The notes: generated by a model from the letters alone, not told the origin. Positions 12,136-24,770 are shown, counted from the first letter of the whole stretch. The stretch: DNA of 62,326 nucleotides, filler included, from Sphacelaria rigidula (GCA_964200075.2; 9 parts of 9 records of this genome joined end to end with filler, not necessarily neighbours in it); one strand, 5' to 3'. Numbers and translations: made by a program.

Positions 12136-13294
12136 ATGGCGGGCACTGGTCCCATCTGGTCAGGTGAGTGTACTGTGCAAAAAAACACTAGACACCGCGT
12201 GCTCAAATTTCCCATCGCTTTGGGCGTGCACCCCCCCTGTCACACTACATCACCATGCCTTCACCGGAAGGTATCAACCGATGCCATGGGCATGCAAAAG
12301 CTCCTACAGCGTAGTTTCGTCGGAACCTGTAGGGTCCCTGTCGCACAACTTGCGCTAACGTAGTTGGGTCGACCCCATTGACAGTCGGGTGTCCGAGATC
12401 TGCAAAGAGCGATACGCGAGCATGGCTCTACTGCGTCGTGTGCGCCAGTGGTTTGTCTTACGGAAGATGTTGGAGATACATGTTGGGATGATCTGCCACC
12501 CGACATCCACCTGAGGGTGATGGACGGCAATCACCGGGTAGCAGCGTTGAAGGCCAATGGCGAAGAGGACGACAAGGCCGCCTCATCCATCATCGTGCGC
12601 GTCCACGCCGTCATGGATAATACGATCATGCGCACGGTGGCTGAAGGTGAGTGACTGTAACTGCTGTCGTAAGGACGTCTACAGCATGTCGCGCATACAC
12701 TTTGTTGGTGGTCGGCAATAGGCTGCACTTGAGCGCCCTCAGTATGACGGTTGGAGATGAGGAGGGTTCCACGCGCCAGTATCTACGTTGGTGCTCACTG
12801 TAGCATAGACGCACTCACGCCCTGTTTTTGTGTACTGCACCTGTAACTCCACCGTAGCGTGTTACTTGTGATGTTACGACGTATGCAATGTCGTACCGTA
12901 GATTGCGGGTCGATACAGGTTGTTCTCGAGTCCTCCCCAATCTGTAGTGGATGCTTGTCCTTAGTCAGTTGTGGTGCACAGTTCCCCGTTGATGTGGTCG
13001 AAATTACATCATATGTCAGCCCACGACCCCTTGAAGGTGTCAGTCGTTGGCACAGTCATCATATGTTCGTCTAGACGTTCCTTGCCACAACCTGGAAATC
13101 CCACCGCTTGTGTCCGTCCGTCACTGTCAATTCTGCGTTGCAGAGGTATGAACAAGGTGACCTCGGCGATCGTGGAGCATGTTCTTGTCGACGAACTAGT
13201 GTGGTATAGATTTCTTGTGCAGGTCGAACAACGGAAGGATAAAACTTTGGGACCCGCTACTGTATGCACGAGGTCGAGGAAGACGTTTCAGGCG
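12136..13294 (+). CDS. Spliced ParB/sulfiredoxin-fold (ParBc-like) protein, partial and possibly pseudogenised. Putative exons 12136-12163, ~12310 (or 12385)-12646, 13146-13294
   Basis: VPVAQLALT*LGRPH*QSGVRDLQRAIREHG...PVVCL...LRVMDGNHRVAALK...IIVRVH follows the ParB/Srx pattern (L..SI...G...P.VV...DGxHR..A). There are three GTGAGT donors. The phase-1 intron 12647-13145 joins TVAE-G-MNKVTSAIVE in frame, although its acceptor is GAG. Confidence 0.6.
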
Positions 13295-13689
13295 GTGAGT
13301 GCCCTTCCTTTATGCTTTCGGTGATGCTATCTCTTGTTGTCATGATCCACGACCTATGCCTGATACGGTACTGGCCACGAAGCATCGTCACTAGATCCCT
13401 GATGAAAGTTACTCAATATGAGACCGCGTCTGAGAAGAATATTTTCGATATAACTTGTGCTGTGAGAGAGGAAAATTCCGATCTGATGGGTCCTGATTTC
13501 AACCACCACTTGTAGAGGTACACCAAACTCAAGATTACCAGTATATTTTACCCCTTAGACTGCGACTCCCCCGAAGGTGGACTGAGATGGACTATGCCAC
13601 ATTTGGGGTTCCGAAGAACTCTTTTCTCTTTACACAAAACGCATTTTTGATGAACATGTGAATATGTGGCATCTGTATGGAAAATAGTC

Positions 13690-13774
13690 CCGGACAACCA
13701 GTTGCCGTGGCACGCGGGAGTGCTGCAGGGAACGGAGAGGTTCATGACCTCATGGCACAGGAAGGAAGAGGAGG
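13690..13774 (+). mobile_element. Fragment of an RTE-like LINE ORF C-terminus
   Basis: PWHAGVLQGTERFMTSWHRKEEE resembles KWYIGVEKGAEEF of the LINE at 30349-30591. Confidence 0.45.
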
Positions 13775-14273
13775 NNNNNNNNNNNNNNNNNNNNNNNNNN
13801 NNNNNNNNNNNNNNNNNNTTAATTAATTAANNNNNNNNNNNNNNNNNNNNNNNNNNNNNNNNNNNNNNNNNNNNGGCCTGATCAGTTTGCAGCAAACAAG
13901 ACCAACTCAAGGCGTGTTAACGTCACGAGGAGTTGGAGAAGTAGAGCCGAGGAGGTTCTGAGGCAGTGCTAGGGTGGGCTGTGGTATCGCTCGTGCGAGA
14001 GGTGCGGGGGGTTGACCAGCAGCTGGCGAGCCCGTGCACGTTCCGGAAAAGCGGCGAAATTACTGCCTGGTTGAGCCAGCGAGAGTTGCTTGTTCCACGC
14101 TTGGCCAGGTACGGCCAAGAAGGGGAGTCTAAGGACTTCAAACCCGTGGTGAGACCTGCGTGAGGAAGAGGCGCTGTGGCCATTATCGTTGTAAGGTGGT
14201 ACAGCGCGTCTCGGTGTAAGGAGAGAGTTGTTGTTCCTGTGCGTGGGAAGCGACTTCGTTTTTCAAAAAGGCG

Positions 14274-16092
14274 GTGAGGAGTACTGTACTGCTGACCGAA
14301 ATGGATGAGGCGCAGGAATGTGTCATCGTCGATGGTCGCGTTGTTCCTGTACTGGCGCTGGAGATGCCGTACTACGGCCGCACGTTTTCGAGCGAGAAAT
14401 CGGCCAAGTTTTTACGCAAATACGAGCGATATTTGCGAGATGTAGATCAGGTGAACGCGCGGTGGACAAACCTCTTTGAGGTGGCAGCAGTTTCTGAGCT
14501 CATGCCGAAACATATTGCGAAATGTCTATGTGACAAGTTCTTGAAGCATGATTATGATGTTGAGAACCAGCACTTGCTTTTCGCGTTGCGCAAGCATGCG
14601 CCATCCGGTGGGGCTGCTTGCCCTGTGACAGCCCAGGAACATGCGTCTGCCCGAGGGAACAGGCACGACAGTGCACCCGCCGAACGTGCAGTGGGTGCTG
14701 CGCGTTTGAAACAACGATACAGGGCAGCTGCTTGCACTGTGACAGCCCAGAAACATGTGTCTGCCCGAGGGAACAGGCACGACAGTGCACCCGCCGAACA
14801 TGCAGTAGGTGCTGCGTGTTTGAAACACCGATACAGGGCAGCTGCTTGCACTGTGAAAGCCGAGAAGTATGTGTCTGTCCGAGGGGATAGGCGCGATAGT
14901 GCACCCGCTGAACGTGCAGTCGTAGGGCACGTCTCAAATCACGATACAGGGCAGCTGTTTCGACTGTGCAGAGCGTGAAGGAGACGCAGCACGTGTCTGT
15001 CAAAAGGGGTAGGCATGAGAGCGCGTTCGCCGACAGTACCACGGTAAGCATTGGTTTGGATGCTGCTGGTATTGCTGCTGGAGAGGACGAATATGTCACA
15101 CAGGTCGAGCAGACTGAAGGTAGCTCAGCTGCCGCTATTGCCGTTCAGGAGTGCGCTGAGCAGGAGGTGATGGCTGAAGCGGGAATATTTGATCCACTCG
15201 CTGCTGCCGCTGCTGCCGCTGCTGTTGGAAGCGCGAAGCCAATTTGCTCCGATGAGCTAGCGCTGAGCGGCAAAGATCCAGGTTGCTTGTGGACGCCGGA
15301 CCAGAGCGTGATTGGGGTACACCTTGCATGCTCACCGCTGCAAGGGGGTGTTATCTTCGTGATGAGAGTGAGCAAAGCAAGCTTGGGGCTTGCGATGCTC
15401 AGGGTGAATCTATCTGCGCCAATGACATAGCGGGAGATCGTTCAGATTATTCGCAGGGGTGTCTGCTTGAAGGACAGGTGGATGCCGGGTTGGTGGAATT
15501 GCCGCCGGAGCAGCGCGTAGCTGTGGACACGCCTTGCATGATCGAAACAACAGGGGCGTGTGACCCGCGTGAAGTGGGTACGAAGAGCGAGCTGCAAGCT
15601 CGGGATGCTGTTAATGATCACAATTCTGACGGCGACGACAAGTGTCGCGTGGTGTTGCGGTGGTCGTCCGCATTGCTGTTTACATGGACAGCTTTGGCGT
15701 ATTTGGCGGCGATGGCGGAGGTGTCTCCACTGTTTCGCCACGGGGTGTTTGAGGAGGATAGTGTGCCATCAGGAGGTGTTGCTGCTCCGGACTGTGTGGC
15801 TATTTCCGTTTCACCTCTTATTTCCTCTGTAAAAGCGACTGAAGAACGAGCGTTCGTGAATGCGCAAGTATCTGTGGGGGCAGATGATCTGTCGCATTGG
15901 TTTGGCGGTGCGAATATACCTTTTAGAGGCGTGTTGAGCTACACCATGGAGGTGCCAGGTGTAGCTAGACTGAAGGTGCAAGGAGGGAGTGTCCGAGAGG
16001 AAAGGATGCTCTACGCTGTGCACGGGGTTGTGGTTCGAGTGCTGCTGTTTCTCTGGAGCGGACTGGAGGAATACGAAGAAGGCATTACCTGA
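14274..16092 (+). pseudogene. Long frameshifted ORF with a gag-like N-terminus and internal 38-aa repeats, probably LTR-element derived
   Basis: Three overlapping + ORFs (14274-14978, 14966-15430, 15283-16092). The repeat phase shows a 1-nt frameshift near 14925. The N-terminal AKFLRKYERYLRDV..VSELMP is gag-like (inference). Confidence 0.4.
14613..15035 (+). repeat. 114-bp coding tandem repeat, 3 full units plus 1 degenerate
   Basis: Units start gctgcttgc(a/c)ctgtga at about 14613, 14727 and 14841. Translation AACTVTAQKHVSARGNRHDSAPAEHAVGAACLKHRYRA. Confidence 0.9.
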
Positions 16093-16578
16093 GGTGTTTG
16101 CTGTTGTGGTGAGCGCCGAGTTGGGTACTGATGTTGAGGAGCAAGTGCTGTGGTGAGTGAGTGCTTGTTGAGAATGAGGAAACACATTATGACTGGTGAC
16201 GCAAATCGTTTTGAGAATGATTTCAGCTTGTTATTGTGTGGTTTGTGGTAATGCTTGCGCATGAAACATGGTTGTTGAGCGAGTATGATCGTATCGCGTG
16301 TGCAGGGTAAAACTCTGGCATACACGTAGGTATTTGGCATGTGTGTGTTGCGCTGATCTGGTTGGCACGGACGATGCATGGTGTTTGCTGCGAAGAAGGT
16401 GGCATTGCCTGTGCTAAGTGAAATATTGGCATGCATGTGCGGATTTCATATGCTGAGTGGAAATTTGGCAGGCATGTGCGAGTTCTTGCTCGAATGGTAC
16501 TGATATGAATGATATCTGGTGACGACCTAGGGTGGGCAGTTTTTAATATACTGCTGTACGCTAAATGAAGTGAACCTC

Positions 16579-16745
16579 GACACTTTCTACGATAGCCCCC
16601 CCCCAAAACCAGCTAAAAGTTTCACGAAAAAAATGGCCATACAGTGCNNNNNNNNNNGCTCGGTTTTTCCCATTTCGATTTACGGGAAGATTTTGCCTCC
16701 CAAAACCATGCACTTTTGCGGGGGGGGGCTATCGTAGAAAATGTC
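16579..16745. mobile_element. MITE with TIR GACACTTTCTACGATAGCCCCC and 4-bp TSD (CCTC)
   Basis: cctc|gacactttctacgatagcccc ... ggggctatcgtagaaaatgtc|cctc. A second copy lies at 29833-30084. Confidence 0.88.
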
Positions 16746-18227
16746 CCTCGTATAATTTTACTCGCGTGGGAACACAGTCGAATCATATTTGTGCGGTTTG
16801 CAGGTACTGACTGCAGGATATATGGATTGCTGCTGTTAGAGTGAAAATGAGCAATAAAATACGAAATACGTAGGCTTGTACTGACTGTAAGAGACGGTGA
16901 CACCTGCTGTTAGCGTGAAAATGAGGTGAAAGATACGAAATGCGTAGGCTCGTTGTGTGTGTGCAGGTTTGACGCGAGTCCTTCCGATGGTTGAAGATAA
17001 AGACCTTATGCGCGCATGCATCAATGATCTTTGACCGTGGCACGTTTTTGTATGAATTGTCGCGTGTTTAAACGGGCACGTGGTTGGTTTTTCGTTCATG
17101 TCAGAAGGAGTATGTGGACGATGCGTCCATTTGTTCGAAGAACTGGTGCAGGTGGACTGCAAGAGTGTCAAGAAATTCATTATTTCTACATTTTGGCTGA
17201 CGCACGGATGGGATATGACGGTCCAAGATCCAAACGAGATATAGAAATGTCTGGGGTTTGCTCGAAAACAAGAGTTCGAGAACGAGCTCACGAGGGGTGA
17301 TCAATGATGGCGGAGGTCGAGATCCGTTCGCCGTCGTTGGATTAGTATGCAAGACTTGAATAGCGGTTTGAGTCATGGCTTTCCTTCGATTGTCGGAATA
17401 AAATGATGGTAAGTTGAAGCATCGAAGCTTTGACGGCGGGGAGGCATGCGATGCATACGTTTTTTACAGTGTTGCAGAAGCAAGAGGCCAGGTGCGTTTT
17501 AGACTTGTTGGGTGCATATTTCCTTCTAGCGTGAGGATGATGTATCATTTGGCTGCTGCACTCCGTCGCGCAGGTGTTGAACGTACAAAGAGTGCATATT
17601 GTATGTTGAGAAGTACCTTGTCTCGGATGAGAGGGACGATGAGTCACGAGTGTTCTGGAGTTTGACGTTTGCTGACATTTTCGGTTTCGTGCCGATGAAG
17701 AGTCAAGAGACTTGTTTTTGGCGAAGATTTGAGAATTTGGCGCTAGCTATCGCTTTGTAACTCGAAGTGGTGCAAGTAGCGTGATTGTATGTTCATGATG
17801 GACGATATTTTCTTGGAATCTCTTGCGAGTTGTTCGGAAGTAGGGCAAGCTTGTATGAAACTGTTGTCGAAAGCAGCGGAAGAGATTGCTAATCTTTGCA
17901 GAAAAGACGGTTCTATCAGGCACCAATGATGTCTGAGTTTGTCAAGCTCTGATGTAACTACTTGTTGGTAGTAGAGAGCTTTGGGGGTGCTGTAGACTCT
18001 AGCCACCATTGTTACCTAGGGACATTTGTAGGTGGAGTTGCGGGTCTGATTGCCGGACTCTGTGATGGTGACCTCCATGACGAGTAGGCTTCATTTTTCC
18101 ACTCTGGTGGGGAGAGGCTATGGTTCTTTTCTCCTGTACTATGCTGAGGGTAGATGTATGAAAAACTGAAGCTGGTGAAGTCCATGTGCCCGTGATAGGA
18201 GGAGTCCACATGGCAATCTGACCTTGA

Positions 18228-20650
18228 GTGACAGAAGTCTACAGGCGTCAGCAGGGGTCCCGTTCTGGGTCCGGCTCAGCCGCAGAAGCTGCTGCTCCGC
18301 AACGGGCGGTACAGGTGAGACCGACCACTCTAGTGTCGGGCTCGGTGCCGGCGCCGCCGGCAGCAGAGCAAGGCGAGACGCCTGCTGCTGAGCCGGCCGG
18401 ATTTCAGCTGAAATTTGGATCCGCTGCTGTGTCAGCCGGAGTACCACTGAAATCTGGTTCTGCGGACGGGGCTTCTTACCCGCCGGCGGGGCCGGTGACT
18501 CCAGCGGGGGCGTCTGTACCTGCGCCGCACGCGCAGCCGTGGCGCCAAGTGGGGATCACGACCAATCAATCGGCGGAGCAGGTGCCGGTCGAGTATCAAG
18601 AAAAATATATTCCTGCAGAGTTATATCTCCCAAATCAAGGGGCGCGGGGAGCCATATCGATCAACGCTGTGTTAGATTCAGGCGCCCATTTCACGAGCGT
18701 GTCGGTGCTGGTTGTGGAGATGCTGGAGCGTCTACTCCCTGGTGAGCAAATCCGCATTTCGTTCTAGCTCATGGCGCGGTAGGCCATCACCGCATCGGAG
18801 CAACGTATAAATGTCACGGAGCGTACGATTCCCCTACAGTTGGCTTTCAGGACTACCTGGGTGCCAGCGAAATTACCCCCGATATCGTTTGCGATCATGC
18901 TGGGAACGGATGGCGTCGTTCTGTTGGGCTTACCCACGCTTCAGGGACTCGGAGTCGATCCGTATGATCGGCTGTTAGAGTCCCTAAAAACACAAATGCC
19001 GTCGCCCGGTTCGAGTGTCGAGACGCCTGCTTTTTTGGTCAGTCGCAGAGTGAGCTTGTCGGTTGATGCTCTCCAGGAGGCGGGGGGGCAGGTGTCCGAG
19101 GAGCGTGATGAGGCGATGGAACGCTTGGTGGAGCGTGGCCCCGAGATATTTATTGAGCCGGCAGAAGAGGAGTCCGCGCGAATGGCTGCGCTGGAGGAAA
19201 GCGTGACGGATGCTGTGGCAAATGACTTCAACGTCTCAAAAGCGGAGCGCTTGCGTGGCATATTGTATCACCACGTGAACGCGTTTCGTCGTGCGCTGAG
19301 GGGTTATCCCCCTGCGCGCGTGGAACCCATGAGGGTTATACTGAAGCCAGGGGCAGCCGCGGTGAAGGCAAAACCGAGGAGGTATGATCCGGTAAAGTCT
19401 AGTTGGTTAGCTTCTTGTATGGGAGCTCTTGTGGCGTTTGGGTTGGTGTTAAGGAATTTAGAGGCGGTGTGGTCCAGTGCGGCGATGGCGGTGCCGAAGA
19501 AGGACTATTTCCGTCTTGTCAGCGATTACGGAGCCGTCAATGACCAGGTGGAGAAGTCGCCGGGTGTCATGCCCAATCAGGAATCCGATATGATAGATCT
19601 GTTGAGCGCGCGATGTTCCAGTAACTTGGACCTCCTACAGGGGTACTGGCAGATGTCGTTGGCCGAAGAGGCGTAGGAGATATTCACCATCACAACTCCG
19701 TTTGGCATGTTTACCCCGCAACGAGTACCGCAAGGCGTCTTGAATGCGCCTTCCTATTTTCAAGGTGTCATGGTAGACCATTTAGATGGCTTGAAATGCA
19801 AGATTTGGGTGGATGATGTCTTTTTCTTCGCGGATACGGAAGACGAACTGCTGGATACGCTTGATGCAATCTTGGCTTGCTCAGAGAGTGTTGGTCTGTT
19901 TGCAGCTGCCCACACGTGTACCTTTTTTTCTATAGTGAACTTGTGTGGTGTGGGAAAATATATTCACACGGCCGCGTCTCGCATGACCCGGTCCGCTTGC
20001 AAGGTTTGTTTGACGTGCGGCGTCCAGAAACAGCAGCAGAACTAATGCACTTCCTGCACGCAATGAACTGGTTGCGTACCTCGTGCCACGTATGACCGAA
20101 GTAGTGGCGCCCTTGCACGTTTTCCTAAGAACTCATGGTGGGGGCTGCAAGGCACACGAAGCGGGTGGCCAAAAACACGTTATTCGCCTGCATCGTGGAC
20201 GGAGGACAGGCTGCAGGCATGGGCGGAAGCGAAGGATCTGGTGGCTCATGCCGTGACGCTGTTCCATCCCCGCCCCGGTTGCCAGGTGCTGGTGTTTCCG
20301 AATGCATCCGAGTGTCATTGCAGTAGTTTTGTAACGCAGGTGCCTGATGCAGAAATGCAAAAACGGTTGCCGGTTGAAGAGATGACGGATGAACCGCTGG
20401 CTTTTCTTGGTGGTACTTTCAAGGGTTCACAGATGCGTTGGGCAACCATTGACAAGGAAGGTTTTGCTATCGTGAGCACTTTTTCGTCGTTTCGAGCATC
20501 TTTTGTGGAATGGCGTGCACATTTTCACGGATCACGAAAATCTAGCGAATATTTTTAACTCGGAGGCATGCATGACGTCTGTGTCGGAGGCGTTGGCAAA
20601 GAAATTGGAGGGTTGGAAAGGAGTATTAGGCCAGTATCGGTAAACAATTT
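18228..20650 (+). mobile_element. Degenerate Ty3/gypsy LTR retrotransposon pol (protease, RT, RNase H); integrase not seen before the contig end
   Basis: Protease NAVLDSGA; RT FRLVSDY..VN, LDLLQGYWQM, RVPQGVLNAPSYFQ, IWVDDV; RNase H PLAFLGGTFKGSQMRWATIDKEGFAIV. Several stops and frameshifts. Confidence 0.95.
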
Positions 20651-21129
20651 AGCAGCAAATTGTGCGAATTGAGGTTTAACTCTGAATTGAGGCTCAAGTG
20701 GGCAACCCGACNNNNNNNNNNNNNNNNNNNNNNNNNNNNNNNNNNNNNNNNNNNNTTAATTAATTAANNNNNNNNNNNNNNNNNNNNNNNNNNNNNNNNN
20801 NNNNNNNNNNNGGTTGTTCGGCCCAAAGCCTACTGGCTATCTTGCATTTGGATGACAGCCTACAACGAGTTGCTTCATTTTCTGGTATCGCCACTTCCAG
20901 AGACAGCCACGGCGTACACACTGCCTCACGGGTGTTTCACCATATCGTGCGTTGTGGAGTAAAATCAATCAAACGGCAATTTTTGTTTCAGGGCTTCCCT
21001 TGGAATTTGGCGACACAATCGCCCCGGCGATCTAGTTGTTCGAATGTGACCATTCGCGTGGGATTTTTCTTCGACGTACCTGATTTCCACCGTCGGAAGC
21101 GTGAGCACGTGAGTGAAAAAAAAGAAAAA

Positions 21130-21545
21130 AGACTGAGCTTCTTTGGCGAGGGTTGACGCGGTACGGGAGTGCTGATAGTCATGACCCAATCCGCGAAACC
21201 AAAATGCAAAGCGTGTATCGGGGAGAGATGGGTTGCTCCCTTGAGATCGCAGCCTCGCCCCGAGGAGGGGGAAGGGGGGAGGGGGGTTCAAAGTGCGACG
21301 AGAAAGAAAACAACAGGAAAAAAAAACGGAACCGGGAGATCGGGAGATCTGGGACATCGGGAGCTCACCCACACGTCTACTTTTTTCTTCGTTTGATCGC
21401 AACTTGAACCCCCTTCCCTCGCCCCGGATAAGCCCGTGGTCAAAAGGGATCACCTCATCTCTACCTTGGCACCCGCCTAACATTTTGGTCTCGCGAGATT
21501 GGACCAGCACTACTCCCGCACCGCGGCAACTCTCGTCCAGTAAGC
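21130..21545. repeat. Two diverged copies of one repeat in inverted orientation (about 21130-21310 and 21380-21545); third copy at about 61800-61960
   Basis: Shared core ttgaacccc..cccatctctcccc..cacgc.ttgca.tttggt.tcgcggattgggtca..gcactcccg.accgcgtcaac. Confidence 0.7.
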
Positions 21546-21917
21546 TTTTTTTTTATACTGCTTTTTTTTATCGGTGCTCACGTTATCAACCGCGGTTCGC
21601 AGATGAAAAAATCCAAACTAATCGCATCTGGTGGGGATGGAACCTATATTTTCTCAACTTCAACAGTGCCAGTGCTACTACTAACTAGACCATACTCTCG
21701 TGAGGAAGGACAAACGTCGGTGAGGTCATGGAAAAGCAGAGCTTGTGCAAGAGAAGCTGGATGCCGTGTCTCGCCCGAAACATAGCCAAGACGTTGTGCA
21801 CTCAGCTATTTCCCTTCGTTCTCGTATCAACTACAACTACATTACTGGTGAAAAACTCATACGCGGCAGCTTCCATCTCAAGGCCTGTAATCCCCTCTTT
21901 CCCCGTCGTCGTCTCTG

Positions 21918-22076
21918 CTGTAATGCGTGAAAGGACCGCGTGCTTGGAGGACCGGTTAGGGCCATGGGCGTGGTCCCTGCATGGACTGGCTTCGATTGGT
22001 TTTGAAAAACGCCGATCCTGAGGTGTCTCGAACCACGATGCGGTCCCCTAAGTACGCGGTCCTCTCACGCAATAGA
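21918..22076. mobile_element. MITE, CTGTAATGCGTGA-TIR family (internally shortened copy)
   Basis: TIRs match the copies at 4742-4954 and 47477-47634. Confidence 0.8.
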
Positions 22077-22758
22077 CCTTCTATCCCGGCTATATCTCTT
22101 TTTCGAAACAATACCACCGAGTGAACCTCTGAATTCGGTAACTCCGGCGCTGCAGCTGTGGATGTTACGGCTGTGACCAAACCACCCCTGCACGTGATGA
22201 TCATCTTCAAGGACAACAAGAACCGTGTATTCAGTGATTCTCGCTCCCTCTCTTTTACACACAGCAGTCTCATTCCATATATTTTACAGGGGAGGGGGGG
22301 GCACGACACAGCGGGGTTCCGCCCCAGTGCAGTCTTTTCCTACAGTGCCACCGAAATCACATTTGTAACACTCTTGAATCGCTGTACTACTATCAAGCAT
22401 TTTCATTGTATCAGCGTAGTACGGGGTTCCACTTTTCCCTTAGTGAACACTCAACGTTTATGAGACCAGACCTCCGCTGAACAGGGGTAAGAGCCCATGG
22501 TGAATCGGAATCATTTTGACCCGAAAAACGGCTGAAAATAGCGCCAATTCACAAAAGGACCACCGCTCGCGGTCAAAGGGTTGCACTCCTGGATAATGGG
22601 CGTTCGGTACCAAAGCGGTTCATGTGAGAGAATCAACCAATCAAGATTGAGGTCCCTGTATAGTGCTGTGGTTCGTCAGCCCCCATAGGGTCGGTCAATA
22701 TGCGTTATCTGGTCCACAAAACGAAGCACAAAAAGAGTTATTTTGTCAACACGCTCAC

Positions 22759-24463
22759 CTCTTCGTCGATCTTAAGGAAGGCGGCATCGTCCTCCTGCCT
22801 CCTCTTTTTTATATTGTCGTCAATCTCTGCGTTAGCTTCGTTCACCAATTTCTGCGCAACAACCCCCCAAGCGGCGGTTACGCATGAGAAGAGGACACAC
22901 AACACACAAACATACGCACAAAAAAAAATGGTATTTCAAGAGAACGGAGGACAACGCACCACACAAAGATCCAAATCTCCGTAAGTAATCTCAGGGACGG
23001 TCACACACAAACACATACACAAACGAAACGGTTTCGGTTCGACGGCTTCAGAAGGAAACGCAGAACAAGGGAAGGCAAAAACTAAGAAGGGGCAAAATGA
23101 TCGATTTGGACCTTAATTATGATGACCTTGATGCATACTGAAAGGACAAAGCACTGAATCGATGAATAAGGGGCGTTTATTCGAAATCTTAGTACACAGA
23201 CTGAGGGGTGGCAGTACTAAGGGCGCATTTTTTTTTTCGGTTTCATCAGACTTTTTCGAAAGCTTGGAATTTCTCTTGGCTCTTCAACAAAAAACAATGC
23301 CAAGAAAAAAAAAATCGATGCTGGATCCTCGGAGCAAGCTGCAGGCAGTCTGAAAATTCGTCTGCTGTCTGACCTGGTCGGGAAACCTACTCTCGACATT
23401 ATGCGGGACACATAGAAACTGTGCGAAAATGTCGCGAGAGATCGTCTGGAAAAAAAAGTGCCGTTAATAACACCCGTAAGCGGTAATATGAAGGAAATAA
23501 TAAAAACGAATCTCAATGAATTGATCAAACCGGGTGTATTTTCACAACATACGTCAAGTATTTCGTCAAAACGAAGACGAGAAACGAAACCTGCCAAACC
23601 GAAAAAAATAAAACCCGAAGTATCTCAATGAGTCTCATTTAAAATGATGACAACCGAACTGGAGGCGAGGCACGTGCTCTATTCCTTGAAAACACACACG
23701 AGAAATCGACGACCACATGAAGATATGTCTGTGGAAGACACCTCTTTGCAGTGACATATCAGAGACTGATGCCACACACGTACAAAGAACCAGAGCATGC
23801 AGGTACAAGGTAGGAACGGTCCGCGAGGACCAGATTACCGAGGACCATGTAATGCCAACGATACTAGACAACTTGGGGTGATGCCAGGAAGAGCCTGATA
23901 TTAGGACGGACCAACATCCTCCGAGGAACTGGTCGCCCCCTCGCGACCACTTCTCGTCTGACCCAAATTCTTGCCTACATATACAAGAGGAATCTTCGGC
24001 ATCAGGACGACATCTCCCAAGACAGCCTTCTCCTCAGTCTGTCTACCCTAGCGATACGCCTTCCTCACATATGTATATATCAAGATACTTGATGCACCTC
24101 AAATAAATCAAATCAATCAGAGAGGCATTTATTCACCTATTTAAACTCATCTCTCAAACTAAATGAATAGATGTTATTTTCCGCTATTATTCAACTTTAC
24201 ATTTCGAGAGAGAGAGAGAGAGAGAGGGAGAGAAATAATAAGAATTGATCACCTCACGAATAGAGAATAACATGAAGAAACATCACCTGGGTGAAGTCCG
24301 TATGCTCCTTAGGCCGCCACGCCAGCCGCGGTGACGCCTTGGTGAAGATGTAACCCTTCAGTTGCTCCTGATTCGCCACGTACGCGTTGCCGTGCAGGGC
24401 GAGTAAGGCCTTCTGCCCCCTTGCTTGAATCTCATCCCGCTTCACCAGCTCCTGCTCGCGCTC
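22759..24463 (-). CDS. PNN: Pinin/SDK/memA-domain protein, two internal exons (24287-24463, 22759-22851); possible upstream mini-exon near 24830-24866
   Basis: Both exons are phase 0-0 with AG/GT ends. The spliced peptide EREQELVKRDEIQARGQKALLALHGNAYVANQEQLKGYIFTKASPRLAWRPKEHTDFTQ|KLVNEANAEIDDNIKKRRQEDD matches the pinin L..FI.TK..P.L...P..H motif. Confidence 0.75.
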
Positions 24464-24574
24464 CTGTTGATTTTGTTTTTGTTTTGTTTTTCCGTTCACG
24501 TCATCAAACACATTACATTACGATGAATAAATACAGCATCAATGTGTACCTTGGGGGCGCCTGTCTCTCTAGTG

Positions 24575-24770
24575 GCCATAAAGCTGGATCCCTAGGGGAT
24601 TCGAAAATGTGCGACAATCGATCAGTCAATCCATGAACCAATGAACCAATCGATGGATCAATGAATCAATCGATGGATCAATCGATCGATGAATCAACAA
24701 TCAAGCAATCGATCAATGAATCAACAAATCAATCAATGAGTCAATGGACCAATCGATGAATCAATGAACC
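24575..24770 (+). repeat. Retroposon 3' end (GACCACGGCTGGATCC..GGGG..TGCGAC + (AATC)n tail). Copies at 29610-29705(-), 38145-38230(-), 40650-40718(+), 41350-41416(-), 48690-48778(+), 53815-53880(+)
   Basis: The same motif followed by an AATC microsatellite tail occurs seven times in four contigs. Confidence 0.75.

Noticed and set aside
3400-13294. A ParB + 2OG-dioxygenase DNA-modification cluster
   Set aside because: The two candidates lie on different contigs separated by an artificial linker, so their proximity means nothing.
14613-15035. Same 114-bp period as the EsV-1-7 array
   Set aside because: I saw no DNA or protein similarity in any frame and the contigs differ, so this is treated as coincidence.
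17000-18227. Possible gag of the gypsy element
   Set aside because: The position fits, but the sequence is too decayed to show a zinc knuckle or capsid motif, so it was left outside the call.
23730-24201. Possible solo LTR (TG...CA) in the pinin intron
   Set aside because: No exact TSD and no second copy in the window, so it cannot be supported.
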